Origin: Marinilabiliaceae bacterium
GTDB taxonomy: Bacteria; Bacteroidota; Bacteroidia; Bacteroidales; VadinHA17
Direction: 5' to 3'
Assembly (NCBI GenBank): GCA_036350795.1
Contig: JAZBNV010000017.1
Location: 7,941-71,940, forward strand
Length of the DNA stretch: 64,000 nt
Position numbers and translations under genes: made by a program. Under the pieces are notes generated by a model that saw nothing but the letters and a program-made list of their open reading frames with translations, did no database searches and had not been told where the DNA came from. Below are positions 8,844-19,869 of the stretch, piece after piece (position 1 is the stretch's first letter; each line of letters starts with the position of its first letter).

Positions 8844-11240
8844 ATGAAAAAACTTAATACAATGGCAGTGCTTTTTATGGTACTCCTAAGCTCACTTGGT
8901 GCACAGGATAAAAAGGGAATTATCAAAGGCCGGGTTCTTAATGCGGCCAATAATGAAGGTGTTCCTTTCTCAACAGTAGTTATTATTGGCACAACAACCG
9001 GTGCAATGACTGACTTTGACGGTAACTTTACATTTACAGGTATTGAACCCGGTTATTTACAGCTTAAAGCTTCATCTGTTGGCTTTGAACCGGCAGTATC
9101 AGCCGAATTTCTTCTTACAAGGGATAACTCACCCAATATTGAAATAGCCCTTACTGAATCGGTAGTTGGAATTGATGATGTGGTAGTGAAGGCTTCACCC
9201 TTCAGAAAGAAACTTGAGTCGCCGCTTTCTGTAAGGATAATTGGTATACAGGAAATTGAGAAGAACCCCGGAGGAAACCGTGACATCTCTAAGGTTATAC
9301 AATCATTTCCCGGTGTAGCCTCAACACCTGCATTCAGGAATGATGTAATAGTAAGGGGAGGAGGTCCGAATGAGAACAGGTTTTACCTTGATGAAATAGA
9401 AATACCCTACCTAAATCATTTTTCCACCCAGGGAGCCTCGGGAGGGCCTGTTGGGATAATAAATGTTGATTTTGTACAGGAACTTAATTTTTATTCAGGA
9501 GCATTCCCTGCATCTACCGGCAATGCCCTGAGCTCGGTTTTGCGCTTCAGGCAGATAGATGGTAATTCAGAGAAAATGAAATACAGGGCAACAATAGGTG
9601 CCTCCGATCTGGGTCTGACAATTGACGGGCCAACAGGCAAAAACTCATCCCTGATTATGTCGGTGCGCAGGTCTTACCTGCAATTTCTTTTTTCTGCAAT
9701 TGGTCTGCCTTTTCTTCCTACCTACAATGACTTTCAGTTTAAGCATAAAACACGTTTTGGCAGTAAGGGTGAGCTTACGGTACTTGGTATAGGTGCCCTT
9801 GATGACTTTGAACTTAACAGGGAGGCAGATGACACTGAATACCAGAGGTATATACTTGATTACATTCCGGTGCAGAAGCAATACAGCTATACATTTGGTA
9901 TAAAATACAAGAATTTCAGGCAGGATGGCTATGATACATGGATACTTAGCAGATCATATTTAAATAATAAGCAGTACAAGTACCTTGGAAATACTGAAGT
10001 TGAATCGGATAAACTACTTGATTTTAAATCCGGAGAGGGTGAAAATAAGTTCAGATACGAGAGGGTACAGCAGTTTGACGGAGGACTTAAACTGGATTAC
10101 GGGGCAGGATTCGAGAATGTTTTATACAGGAATGACTCTTTCCGAAGAATTTTCGTTGGCTCGGACGTATTTACCAGCCTGTCGGATCTCTCATTACGGA
10201 CAAATAAGTATTCATTGTTCGGGCAGGTCTCAAAATCTTTTGCGCGCAACAGGTTGAGCCTGTCGGCCGGGTTGAGGATGGATGGAAGCACTTATTCTGA
10301 GGAAATGTCAAATCCTCTTCGCAATTTATCGCCAAGGGTTTCGGCCTCCTATTCATTTACAGATAAAGTAAGTTTTAATTTTAATGCAGGTCGCTATCAG
10401 CAATTACCGCCTTATACTGTAATGGGTTATTCTGATAATAGTGGAAACCTTGTAAACAAGAACAACGGACTGAAATATATACAGAGCGATCACCTGGTTG
10501 CAGGTTTTGAATATATTCCCAACGAGAATATCCAGCTTACAGCAGAAGGCTTCTTTAAATATTACCGCGATTATCCTTTTTCAGTCAGCGACTCTGTACC
10601 GCTATCGAGTAAGAGTGCTGATTATGGAATATTCGGAGATGAGGAAGTAAGATCAATTGCAGATGGGCGCGCTTATGGAATAGAGTTGCTTGGAAGGATA
10701 AAAAACCTGGATGGTCTTAACCTGGTTTTTTCATACACCTGGGTGAGGAGTGAGTTTAAAGACCTGGATGAGAATTATATCCCTACTTCATGGGATAACA
10801 GGCACCTGTTTAACCTTACTGCAACCAGGAGTTTTAAAAAATACTGGGATGCAGGCCTGAAATGGAGATTTGTTGGCGGAGCACCTTATACACCGGCCGA
10901 TATTGAATTGTCGTCGCTTAAAGCAGCCTGGGATCTTCAGGGCAGGGCTTACCTCGATTATTCAAGGTATAACAGTGAAAGGCTGAAGTCCTTCCACCAG
11001 CTCGATATCAGGGTTGACAGGTCGTTCTACTTTAACAAGTGGTCGTTGATGTTGTATGTTGATATTCAAAATCTTTATAATTTCCAGGCCGATCAGCCGC
11101 CTATTATTGTTCGTGAAACAGATCCGGTAACTGGTGTGACACTTACCGACCCGACAGATCCTGACAGATACGTGTTGAAAAGTATAAGTGGTACAGGGGG
11201 AACAGTATTACCAACAATTGGAGTAATAATTGAGTTTTAA
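8844..11240 (+). CDS. TonB-dependent receptor with N-terminal CarboxypepD_reg-like domain
   Basis: 798 aa. Signal peptide, GRVLNAANNEGVPFSTVVI regulatory-like domain, plug region, long beta-barrel ending in Phe (IIEF). Confidence 0.85.
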   Translation: MKKLNTMAVLFMVLLSSLGAQDKKGIIKGRVLNAANNEGVPFSTVVIIGTTTGAMTDFDGNFTFTGIEPGYLQLKASSVGFEPAVSAEFLLTRDNSPNIEIALTESVVGIDDVVVKASPFRKKLESPLSVRIIGIQEIEKNPGGNRDISKVIQSFPGVASTPAFRNDVIVRGGGPNENRFYLDEIEIPYLNHFSTQGASGGPVGIINVDFVQELNFYSGAFPASTGNALSSVLRFRQIDGNSEKMKYRATIGASDLGLTIDGPTGKNSSLIMSVRRSYLQFLFSAIGLPFLPTYNDFQFKHKTRFGSKGELTVLGIGALDDFELNREADDTEYQRYILDYIPVQKQYSYTFGIKYKNFRQDGYDTWILSRSYLNNKQYKYLGNTEVESDKLLDFKSGEGENKFRYERVQQFDGGLKLDYGAGFENVLYRNDSFRRIFVGSDVFTSLSDLSLRTNKYSLFGQVSKSFARNRLSLSAGLRMDGSTYSEEMSNPLRNLSPRVSASYSFTDKVSFNFNAGRYQQLPPYTVMGYSDNSGNLVNKNNGLKYIQSDHLVAGFEYIPNENIQLTAEGFFKYYRDYPFSVSDSVPLSSKSADYGIFGDEEVRSIADGRAYGIELLGRIKNLDGLNLVFSYTWVRSEFKDLDENYIPTSWDNRHLFNLTATRSFKKYWDAGLKWRFVGGAPYTPADIELSSLKAAWDLQGRAYLDYSRYNSERLKSFHQLDIRVDRSFYFNKWSLMLYVDIQNLYNFQADQPPIIVRETDPVTGVTLTDPTDPDRYVLKSISGTGGTVLPTIGVIIEF

Positions 11241-11245
11241 AATTT

Positions 11246-12001
11246 ATGCTAATGATGAAATATATAGCTATTACTATTCTTGCAGTCCTCATTACTGGCT
11301 GCAGCCTTAATCAATCAGAATCAGGCAGGCTGGCAGGTGAAGAAGTTTTCTATTTCAGTGTTAATGACCAGGGAGAAGGTCCCTGGATTACACTTGAATT
11401 CCAGAGAGGAGATTCATTTTATTATCCGCTTATGGCCATCTGGCTTGAGGATCTGGAGGGTAATTATATTCAAACATTATATGTTGCGAAATCGGTTGCA
11501 ACATCAGTTTTCCGTTTTGGGAATGTTAAAGACAACAAGTGGGAACCCGGAATAAGAAGATATCCGCAGACCCTGCCATACTGGGCACATAAAAGAGGTG
11601 TAAAGGCTGCCGATGGCCTTTATATGCCCGACCCGGATAAGCCGATAGCAGATGCATATACCGGAGCAACTCCTCTTACCGGCTTTGTTATGTCTGCAAG
11701 GGCCGACAGACAGGTTGAGTCGTCGGTGAGGATTATGCTTGAGGTAAACCAGAACTGGGACTGGAACGAGTACTGGACAAATGATCTTTATCCTGACGAT
11801 AAATTCTATAAACTATCATGTCAGCCGGCAGTAGTATACCAGGCAGTTCTTGATCCGGCATTATCAGGTGGTGAAGTTCTGATGAAAGCGATCGGACACA
11901 GTCATCATTCGGGTGCAAGCGGTGAACTGTTTCCTGATCTCAGTACACTGACTTCAGCTCTGACTATTGCTGACAGCATTATCGTCAGGTTTGGACGATA
12001 A
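11246..12001 (+). CDS. Lipoprotein, DUF2271-like
   Basis: 251 aa. Lipobox LITGCS. The YYPLMAIWLEDLEGNYIQTLYV and TLPYWAHKRG segments resemble the DUF2271 signature as recalled from memory. Lies 5 nt downstream of the receptor gene. Confidence 0.4.
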   Translation: MLMMKYIAITILAVLITGCSLNQSESGRLAGEEVFYFSVNDQGEGPWITLEFQRGDSFYYPLMAIWLEDLEGNYIQTLYVAKSVATSVFRFGNVKDNKWEPGIRRYPQTLPYWAHKRGVKAADGLYMPDPDKPIADAYTGATPLTGFVMSARADRQVESSVRIMLEVNQNWDWNEYWTNDLYPDDKFYKLSCQPAVVYQAVLDPALSGGEVLMKAIGHSHHSGASGELFPDLSTLTSALTIADSIIVRFGR

Positions 12002-12030
12002 TAAGCGGGAAGAATAATACTGACTGAGAT

Positions 12031-12396
12031 TTACCTGCCGTTATCAACGAGAATTTTACGGACAATCTTCCGGTGATCTTCGAGCTCTATGGTAATAAGG
12101 TATATACCTTTTTCAGTAGTTTTGAACTCTATTTCCTTACTAAATACAGGGTAGCTCAGGCGCAGGCGGGTAATCTCCTGCCCTATAATATTAGTCATTC
12201 GAACATATATAAAGGGAGTATCCGAAGAGATAGTGAAATTATTACTTAAAACAGGGACAGGATAGATTTTTATAAGCGGCTCTTCTTTCTCAATGCTTTT
12301 AAGTTGCTGATCAGAAGATTTTTTCAAAGTTAAGTCCTGGCCTGAAACGTAAGAAGATACTACAACAAATACTAAAAAAAGCAGAATTCTTCTCAT
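12031..12396 (-). CDS. Small secreted protein with a T9SS (Por) C-terminal sorting domain
   Basis: 121 aa. Signal peptide plus a C-terminal IKIYPVPV...GIYLITIELEDHRKIVRKILV pattern typical of T9SS CTDs. Confidence 0.6.
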   Translation of the reverse strand: MRRILLFLVFVVVSSYVSGQDLTLKKSSDQQLKSIEKEEPLIKIYPVPVLSNNFTISSDTPFIYVRMTNIIGQEITRLRLSYPVFSKEIEFKTTEKGIYLITIELEDHRKIVRKILVDNGR

Positions 12397-12584
12397 AAAT
12401 TCACATTTACATTAACTCTATATACGCAAATATCGTGCAAAAAGATACCTTTTCCATCTTTTATCTGCTCTTTAACAAAACTTTAGCATTATTGTATCAT
12501 TGCGTTTTACCCCGGTCTTCAGGAAAGGGATGAAGCTATGGGGCATAACAATTTTTCTAAATCTCACAAAATGATTAATTTCGC

Positions 12585-13847
12585 ATGGATGTAGAAAACC
12601 CTATGAGAGATTTACAGAGTATAAAACAACGATTTGGAATAATCGGGAATTATGTTGGCCTTAACCGGGCTATGGATATTGCAGTACAGGTTGCCCCAAC
12701 CGATCTTTCTGTGCTTATTACCGGTGAGAGTGGTTCGGGTAAGGAAATATTTCCAAAAATTATTCATAGTCACAGTACCAGGAAACACGGGCAGTATATT
12801 GCCGTTAACTGCGGAGCCATTCCTGAAGGAACAATTGATTCTGAATTATTCGGTCATGAGAAGGGATCTTTTACGGGAGCCACTGATAGCCGGAAAGGCT
12901 ATTTTGAGGTAGCCAACGGGGGGACAATATTTCTTGACGAAGTTGCAGAGCTTCCCCTGGCAACCCAGGTGAGGTTATTGCGTGTGCTTGAAACCGGCGA
13001 ATTTATAAGGGTTGGTTCGTCTAAGATGCAGAAAGTGGATGTAAGGGTTATAACTGCGACCAATGTGGATATACTTAAAGCTATCCATGAGGGCCGTTTC
13101 AGGGAAGATCTTTTTTACAGGTTAAATACTGTTCCGGTAATAATACCACCACTTCGCGAAAGAGGAGAAGACATTCTCTTGCTTTTCAGAAAATTTGCAA
13201 GCGATTTTGCAGAAAAGTACAGGATGCCTGCAGTTAAGCTTACCGAAGATGCAAGGGAGATACTTTTAGCGTATTCGTGGCCGGGGAATATAAGGCAGTT
13301 GAAGAATATTACCGAACAAATATCAATAATTGAAGGTTCGCGGGAAATAGATTCCCCGATGCTGCAGGGATATCTGCCGGATTATTCAGCAGCAAAGTTG
13401 CCTGCATTAATAAGCCGTAAGGAAGAGGCCTCCTTTTCATCTGAAAGAGAGATCCTTTATAAAATACTATTCGATATGAAGAAGGACATGAATGATCTTA
13501 AAAAGATTGTTATGGATCTTCTTCGCGAAAACCCCGAAGGTCTGAAATTATCGGAAGAGGAAACAAGTGTTATTCAGAGCCTGTATAGCGAGCATGAAAG
13601 CCAGGTGTCGAAAGAGCTGGCACGAACCCAGGCGCCTGTTTCCATCCCCAGGCCCGGGGAAGACTCCAATATCCAGGATACTGAAGAAATAGTTGAAGAA
13701 TCGCTATCACTAGTGGATAAGGAGATTGAACTAATAAAGAAAGCTCTTGAGAAATACAGTGGCAAGCGTAAACTTGCTGCTGATGAACTTGGCATTTCTG
13801 AACGTACACTATACCGGAAAATTAAGGAATATGGGATCGACCTTTAA
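12585..13847 (+). CDS. Sigma-54-dependent transcriptional activator (AAA+ EBP) lacking an N-terminal receiver/sensor domain
   Basis: 420 aa. Walker A GESGSGKE at about residue 47, GAFTGA-variant GSFTGA, Walker B IFLDEV, C-terminal Fis-type HTH (LGISERTLYRKIKEYGI). Confidence 0.85.
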   Translation: MDVENPMRDLQSIKQRFGIIGNYVGLNRAMDIAVQVAPTDLSVLITGESGSGKEIFPKIIHSHSTRKHGQYIAVNCGAIPEGTIDSELFGHEKGSFTGATDSRKGYFEVANGGTIFLDEVAELPLATQVRLLRVLETGEFIRVGSSKMQKVDVRVITATNVDILKAIHEGRFREDLFYRLNTVPVIIPPLRERGEDILLLFRKFASDFAEKYRMPAVKLTEDAREILLAYSWPGNIRQLKNITEQISIIEGSREIDSPMLQGYLPDYSAAKLPALISRKEEASFSSEREILYKILFDMKKDMNDLKKIVMDLLRENPEGLKLSEEETSVIQSLYSEHESQVSKELARTQAPVSIPRPGEDSNIQDTEEIVEESLSLVDKEIELIKKALEKYSGKRKLAADELGISERTLYRKIKEYGIDL

Positions 13848-14373
13848 AAATATTATTTCATCCTTAGCGGGAGGCCCGGTTTTTATCCCGGTATTTCTTG
13901 TCCTGATGTCACTCTCTGCATGCTCGGTTAAATATACCTTCTCCGGTGCAAGCATATCGCCCGAGGTAAAAACAATAAGTATACAGTATTTCCAGAATCG
14001 TGCCAGGCTGGTTCAGCCAACTCTGAGCCAGTATATCACCGACGAGCTCCAGGATATGTGCAGGGCACAGACAAACCTGGAATTTGTGAGCGACATAGGA
14101 GATGTTAGTTTCGAGGGTGAGATCACAGACTACGATACCAGGCCCCTTACCGTATCAGGGAATGCCCAGGCAGCTATGAACAGGTTTACCATTTCTGTTA
14201 AAGTGAAATTTACAAATTCGGTGGAGCCCGACTATAGCTATGAACAGACCTTTTCAAGGTATGAGGATTATTCGGGGGATAAGCAACTCAGTGATGTGGA
14301 AGATGAGCTTGTTGAGAAGATTGTAGAACAGTTACTTGAAGATATATTTAACAGGGCCTTTGTTAACTGGTAA
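13831..14373 (+). CDS. lptE: LptE-like LPS-assembly lipoprotein
   Basis: The ATG at 13831 overlaps the activator gene by 17 nt. Lipobox MSLSACS. Size and position (activator-lptE-x-secG) match the conserved Bacteroidota arrangement. Confidence 0.55.
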   Translation: MGSTFKNIISSLAGGPVFIPVFLVLMSLSACSVKYTFSGASISPEVKTISIQYFQNRARLVQPTLSQYITDELQDMCRAQTNLEFVSDIGDVSFEGEITDYDTRPLTVSGNAQAAMNRFTISVKVKFTNSVEPDYSYEQTFSRYEDYSGDKQLSDVEDELVEKIVEQLLEDIFNRAFVNW

Positions 14374-14375
14374 AT

Positions 14376-15311
14376 ATGAACAGGAATGATCTGTTACATA
14401 TGGTAAAATCCGGGAACTGGGACAGTACCGTAAATATTGATGCTCTTGAAGAGCTTATTTCCCTCTATCCCTGGTTCCAGTCTGCCTATACCTTAAAACT
14501 CGATGCCTATTACCTGTCTGACAGTATTATTTTCGACGAAGAGTTAAAAAAGAATGCTGTATATGTGGCAAACCGTGAGGTTTTATATTATGTGCTGAAG
14601 AACTCAGGGAAAAACCAGGCAGGTGAGATAAGATATAAAGAAAATGTAAGCGAAGAGAAAGAGCAGATGGAGAGCGCTGTCCCTGCTGCAGTTAAGCAGG
14701 ATGATGGTCTGCGTTCGCGCGAAGAGCTTGTTGCTGAAATTGAAGCACGACTTGCCGAGATAAGGGGAGATGCTCCAGCCGTGATTACTCCCGAAAACCC
14801 GGACGCAGAAAGTGAGCAGCAGGCAGTGAAGAAGAATGCGGGAGGAGAAAAAGACAGGGAAGATGGAATTAGGGATCATGACATAAATGATATCTTATTG
14901 CTCGATGATGATATTGCTACAGAGCCCCGGTTTCCTGCCGGGGATGACCCCGCTCAGAATGGCAGGGAGCCGGATGTAGTTGATGTGTCCCCTCAGGCTG
15001 ATGGTGAATTACTTGAGATTGATGAAACGCAGAATGATTCTTCTGCCAGCGAGCTGGTTAACAGGTTTATCGAGTTAAATCCCAGGATTGAACCCCTGAG
15101 AGAGCCGCTCAGGGATGATCAGGAAAATATCGCAGAAAAGGTTGATGACAGAACACCCGGCATTATCTCAGAAACACTGGCAAAGATTTATATAAACCAG
15201 AAGTACTATACAAAAGCTATTATGGTATATGAGAAATTAAGTTTGAAATTTCCGGAAAAAAGTAGTTACTTTGCGACTCAAATTGAGAATATTAAAGAAT
15301 TAATGTCATAA
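14376..15311 (+). CDS. Acidic hypothetical protein with a TPR-like C-terminal helix pair
   Basis: 311 aa. Very D/E-rich middle. C-terminus AKIYINQKYYTKAIMVYEKLSLKFPEKSSYF. Starts 3 nt after the lptE stop. Confidence 0.5.
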   Translation: MNRNDLLHMVKSGNWDSTVNIDALEELISLYPWFQSAYTLKLDAYYLSDSIIFDEELKKNAVYVANREVLYYVLKNSGKNQAGEIRYKENVSEEKEQMESAVPAAVKQDDGLRSREELVAEIEARLAEIRGDAPAVITPENPDAESEQQAVKKNAGGEKDREDGIRDHDINDILLLDDDIATEPRFPAGDDPAQNGREPDVVDVSPQADGELLEIDETQNDSSASELVNRFIELNPRIEPLREPLRDDQENIAEKVDDRTPGIISETLAKIYINQKYYTKAIMVYEKLSLKFPEKSSYFATQIENIKELMS

Positions 15312-15321
15312 ATAAGAGAAG

Positions 15322-15675
15322 ATGGGAATTTACGTATTTGTATCGGTCCTGATAATTGTAGCCTGTTTCTTACAGATTCTTATAGTACTTGTACAGAATT
15401 CAAAAGGAGGAGGGCTGGCCGCTAATTTTACATCAACAGGTCAGACCATGGGAGTTCGCAAGACAGCAGATTTCCTTGAGAAGGCAACATGGACCCTTGC
15501 TGTTGCAATCCTGGTTTTAAGTATTGCTGCCACAGCAACTATTCCAAGATCCGGAGGAGAACAGGAGTCAAGAATCCAGGAACGGATTCAGAATGTGGTG
15601 GATCCAACTGCAATACCTACCCTGCCAACATCAATACCTGATCAGAACCCTGACCAGGATGGTGGTTTGGAATAG
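15322..15675 (+). CDS. secG: Preprotein translocase subunit SecG
   Basis: 117 aa. Two TM helices with the SecG-type motif LVQNSKGGGL between them. Confidence 0.75.
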   Translation: MGIYVFVSVLIIVACFLQILIVLVQNSKGGGLAANFTSTGQTMGVRKTADFLEKATWTLAVAILVLSIAATATIPRSGGEQESRIQERIQNVVDPTAIPTLPTSIPDQNPDQDGGLE

Positions 15676-15699
15676 GATGTTATAGAAGATGTTTTATAA

Positions 15700-15730
15700 T
15701 GTCAGTTTGTCATCAAACTGACATTTTTTT
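15700..15730 (+). terminator. Rho-independent terminator after secG
   Basis: TGTCAGTTTG-tcat-CAAACTGACA followed by T7. Confidence 0.75.
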
Positions 15731-15839
15731 GTCAAAATTGCATCAAAACCTGCTTAATTATTCTTCTTTCTGGTTTGGCATAAATTCTGTTAAAGAGCTA
15801 TGTCGGTAAAACTAATGTATAACTAACACATAATTAGAG

Positions 15840-16118
15840 ATGGCAGATTTAAAAGGAAAGATACTCGCTGGTAAGGTACTTGTAAAACCAGCAGAGGCTG
15901 AAGAAAAAACCCAGAGTGGAATAATTATTCCGGATAGTGCAAAAGAAAAACCTCAGCAGGGTACCGTAGCCCTGGTTGGCACAAGAAAAAAGGATGAGGA
16001 AATGGAAGTTAAAGTCGGCGATGTTGTCCTTTACGGAAAATATGGCGGACAGGAATTGAGCATTGATGGCGAAGACTACCTTTTAATGTCGCAAAGCGAT
16101 ATTCTCTACATTATTTAA
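15840..16118 (+). CDS. groES: Co-chaperonin GroES
   Basis: 92 aa. The KVLVKP...GIIIPDSAKEKPQQGTV...GDVVLYGKYGG pattern is typical of Cpn10. Confidence 0.95.
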   Translation: MADLKGKILAGKVLVKPAEAEEKTQSGIIIPDSAKEKPQQGTVALVGTRKKDEEMEVKVGDVVLYGKYGGQELSIDGEDYLLMSQSDILYII

Positions 16119-16133
16119 CAGATAATAATTTAA

Positions 16134-17780
<1,647 letters not shown>

Positions 17781-17826
17781 TATAATGCAAATCAGGACGA
17801 ATTAAATACTAATTTCACTAATAGAA

Positions 17827-17857
17827 GAGGGGTGCTTATTTTTAGCACCTCTTTTTT
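17827..17857 (+). terminator. Rho-independent terminator after groEL
   Basis: GAGGGGTGCT-loop-AGCACCTC followed by T6. Confidence 0.75.
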
Positions 17858-17877
17858 ATTCCTGATCAAGCCTCCAG

Positions 17878-17912
17878 CATTCCAATCTTCCAACATTCCA
17901 ATCTTCCAACAT
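17878..17912. repeat. Tandem 16-bp repeat CATTCCAATCTTCCAA x2.2
   Basis: Perfect copies at 17878-17893 and 17894-17909, plus a partial CAT. Located just upstream of the lepA -7 box. Confidence 0.9.
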
Positions 17913-17918
17913 ATATAC

Positions 17919-17926
17919 TATCTTTG
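17919..17926 (+). promoter_or_regulatory. Bacteroidota -7 promoter box TATCTTTG (TAnnTTTG) for lepA
   Basis: Exact TAnnTTTG match 23 nt upstream of the lepA ATG. Confidence 0.5.
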
Positions 17927-17949
17927 CGCATGTTTATTCTAGCATCAGA

Positions 17950-19737
17950 ATGGAAAGGATTAGGAATTTTTGCATAATTGCCCATATTGATCATGGGAAG
18001 AGTACCCTGGCAGACAGGTTGCTTGATGCAACAGGTACAATTTCCGAGAGGGAGAAAATGGACCAGGTACTTGATAATATGGACCTTGAGAGGGAAAGAG
18101 GTATCACCATAAAAAGTCACGCCATACAAATGAAATATACTCATGATGGCGATAAATATATACTAAACCTTATTGATACCCCCGGGCATGTAGATTTCTC
18201 ATACGAAGTCTCACGGTCTATTGCTGCTTGCGAAGGAGCTTTGCTGGTGGTAGACGCAACACAGGGAATCCAGGCACAGACAATCTCCAATCTTTTTATG
18301 GCCCTCGAACAGGACCTGGAAGTTATTCCCGTATTGAATAAGATGGATATGGCTAATGCCATGCCTGAGGATGTTAAGGATCAGATTGTTGACCTGATTG
18401 GTTGCGAAAGGGAGGATATTATCGAGGCCAGTGGTAAAACCGGTCTGGGTGTGGAAGAGATACTGCAAAGGATTATTAAAAATGTACCACCTCCTTCAGG
18501 TGATCCGGAGAAACCATTACAGGCTCTGATTTTTGATTCTATTTTTAATTCATTCAGGGGGATTATTGCCTATATTAAAATAGTAAACGGAACTCTAAAG
18601 AAGGGTGATCATGTTAAATTTGTAAACACCGGGGCCAGGTATTATGCAGACGAAATTGGAGTTCTGCAGATGAAGCAGGAATCAAGAAGCATAATGAGCG
18701 CCGGTGATGTAGGCTATATAATATCGGGTATTAAGAATTCATCAGATGTAAAAGTGGGTGATACCATTACGCATGTGGAGAATCCCTGCAGGGAAGGCAT
18801 CGAAGGATTTGAGGATGTCAAGCCTATGGTGTTTGCAGGTATTTACCCGGTTGATGCAGATGATTATGAAGATCTCAGGGCTTCCATTGAGCGCCTGCAG
18901 TTAAATGATGCTTCTCTTACCTTTAGCCCGGAATCTTCGGCAGCCCTGGGTTTTGGTTTCAGGTGTGGATTCCTCGGATTGCTTCATATGGAAATAATCC
19001 AGGAGAGACTCGACAGGGAGTTTGATATGGATGTTATTACAACCGTACCAAACGTCTCATATAAAGTTTATACTACCCGTGATGGTATAGTTGATGTTCA
19101 TAATCCATCGGGTCTACCTCCTATAACAAATATCGACAGGATAGAAGAACCCCTTATCCAGGCGCAGATTATAACAAAGTCAGGCTATGTTGGACCGATT
19201 ATGAACCTTTGCATCGAGAAAAGGGGAACCTTCAAAAACCAGGTTTATCTTACCAGCGACAGGGTTGAAATTACTTTTGAAATGCCCCTGTCGGAGATAG
19301 TTTTTGATTTCTATGATAAACTGAAAAGTATTTCGAAGGGATATGCATCGTTCGATTATCATTATTCAGGGTATGAAAAGGCCGACCTTGTACGACTTGA
19401 TGTTCTTTTGAATGGTGAAATGGTTGATGCGCTGTCGACCCTGATATACAGGGGTCACGCCTACGATTTTGGCAGAAAAATGTGTATTAAACTGAAGGAA
19501 CTTATTCCTCGTCAGCAATTTGACATTGCCATACAGGCTGCAATTGGTGCTAAAATAATAGCCAGGGAAACAGTTAAGGCTGTAAGAAAGGATGTAACGG
19601 CCAAATGTTATGGTGGAGATATAACAAGAAAGAGAAAACTGCTTGAGAAACAGAAGAAAGGAAAGAAGAGGATGAGGCAGGTTGGCAATGTAGAAGTGCC
19701 CCAGCAGGCATTTCTTGCTGTTTTGAAGATGGACTGA
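17950..19737 (+). CDS. lepA: Elongation factor 4
   Basis: 595 aa. [23 protein letters not shown]1 motif, [12 protein letters not shown]. Full-length LepA architecture. Confidence 0.95.
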   Translation: MERIRNFCIIAHIDHGKSTLADRLLDATGTISEREKMDQVLDNMDLERERGITIKSHAIQMKYTHDGDKYILNLIDTPGHVDFSYEVSRSIAACEGALLVVDATQGIQAQTISNLFMALEQDLEVIPVLNKMDMANAMPEDVKDQIVDLIGCEREDIIEASGKTGLGVEEILQRIIKNVPPPSGDPEKPLQALIFDSIFNSFRGIIAYIKIVNGTLKKGDHVKFVNTGARYYADEIGVLQMKQESRSIMSAGDVGYIISGIKNSSDVKVGDTITHVENPCREGIEGFEDVKPMVFAGIYPVDADDYEDLRASIERLQLNDASLTFSPESSAALGFGFRCGFLGLLHMEIIQERLDREFDMDVITTVPNVSYKVYTTRDGIVDVHNPSGLPPITNIDRIEEPLIQAQIITKSGYVGPIMNLCIEKRGTFKNQVYLTSDRVEITFEMPLSEIVFDFYDKLKSISKGYASFDYHYSGYEKADLVRLDVLLNGEMVDALSTLIYRGHAYDFGRKMCIKLKELIPRQQFDIAIQAAIGAKIIARETVKAVRKDVTAKCYGGDITRKRKLLEKQKKGKKRMRQVGNVEVPQQAFLAVLKMD

Positions 19738-19839
19738 GTACCTTAAGGGTTTTGAGATTAGAAAAAAATTACTATTTTAGACGCCCTGAATCAGAACAAG
19801 GTAAAAATATACCTTAACCCTGAAATCTAACCTAAGCAC

Positions 19840-19869
19840 AAAAAGGTGCCTCAAGCGAGGCACCTTTTT
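19840..19869. terminator. Bidirectional Rho-independent terminator (lepA / response regulator, convergent)
   Basis: A5-GGTGCCTC-aagc-GAGGCACC-T5. It overlaps the stop of the minus-strand regulator gene. Confidence 0.75.

Noticed and set aside
15776-15790. TGGCAT-N5-CTGT upstream of groES, at a geometry compatible with a promoter
   Set aside because: Both halves deviate from the sigma-54 consensus (T for C at -24, no GC at -12). I cannot distinguish it from chance. I also saw no CIRCE inverted repeat (TTAGCACTC-N9-GAGTGCTAA) upstream of groES.
17878-17912. Possible CRISPR or minisatellite
   Set aside because: There are only 2.2 contiguous copies of a 16-mer with no spacers. No repeat-spacer architecture and no cas genes occur anywhere in the window.
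18008-18023. Near-perfect sigma-54 box TGGCAG-N5-TTGCT
   Set aside because: It lies inside the lepA coding region, exactly over the codons for the conserved GTPase segment L-A-D-R-L-L. The match is explained by protein conservation.
19741-19761. Apparent relationship between CCTTAAGGGTTTTGAGATTAG and the word at 19812-19836
   Set aside because: The similarity is to the complement without reversal (mirror-like). This has no base-pairing or repeat meaning and probably reflects shared palindromic pieces such as CCTTAAGG.
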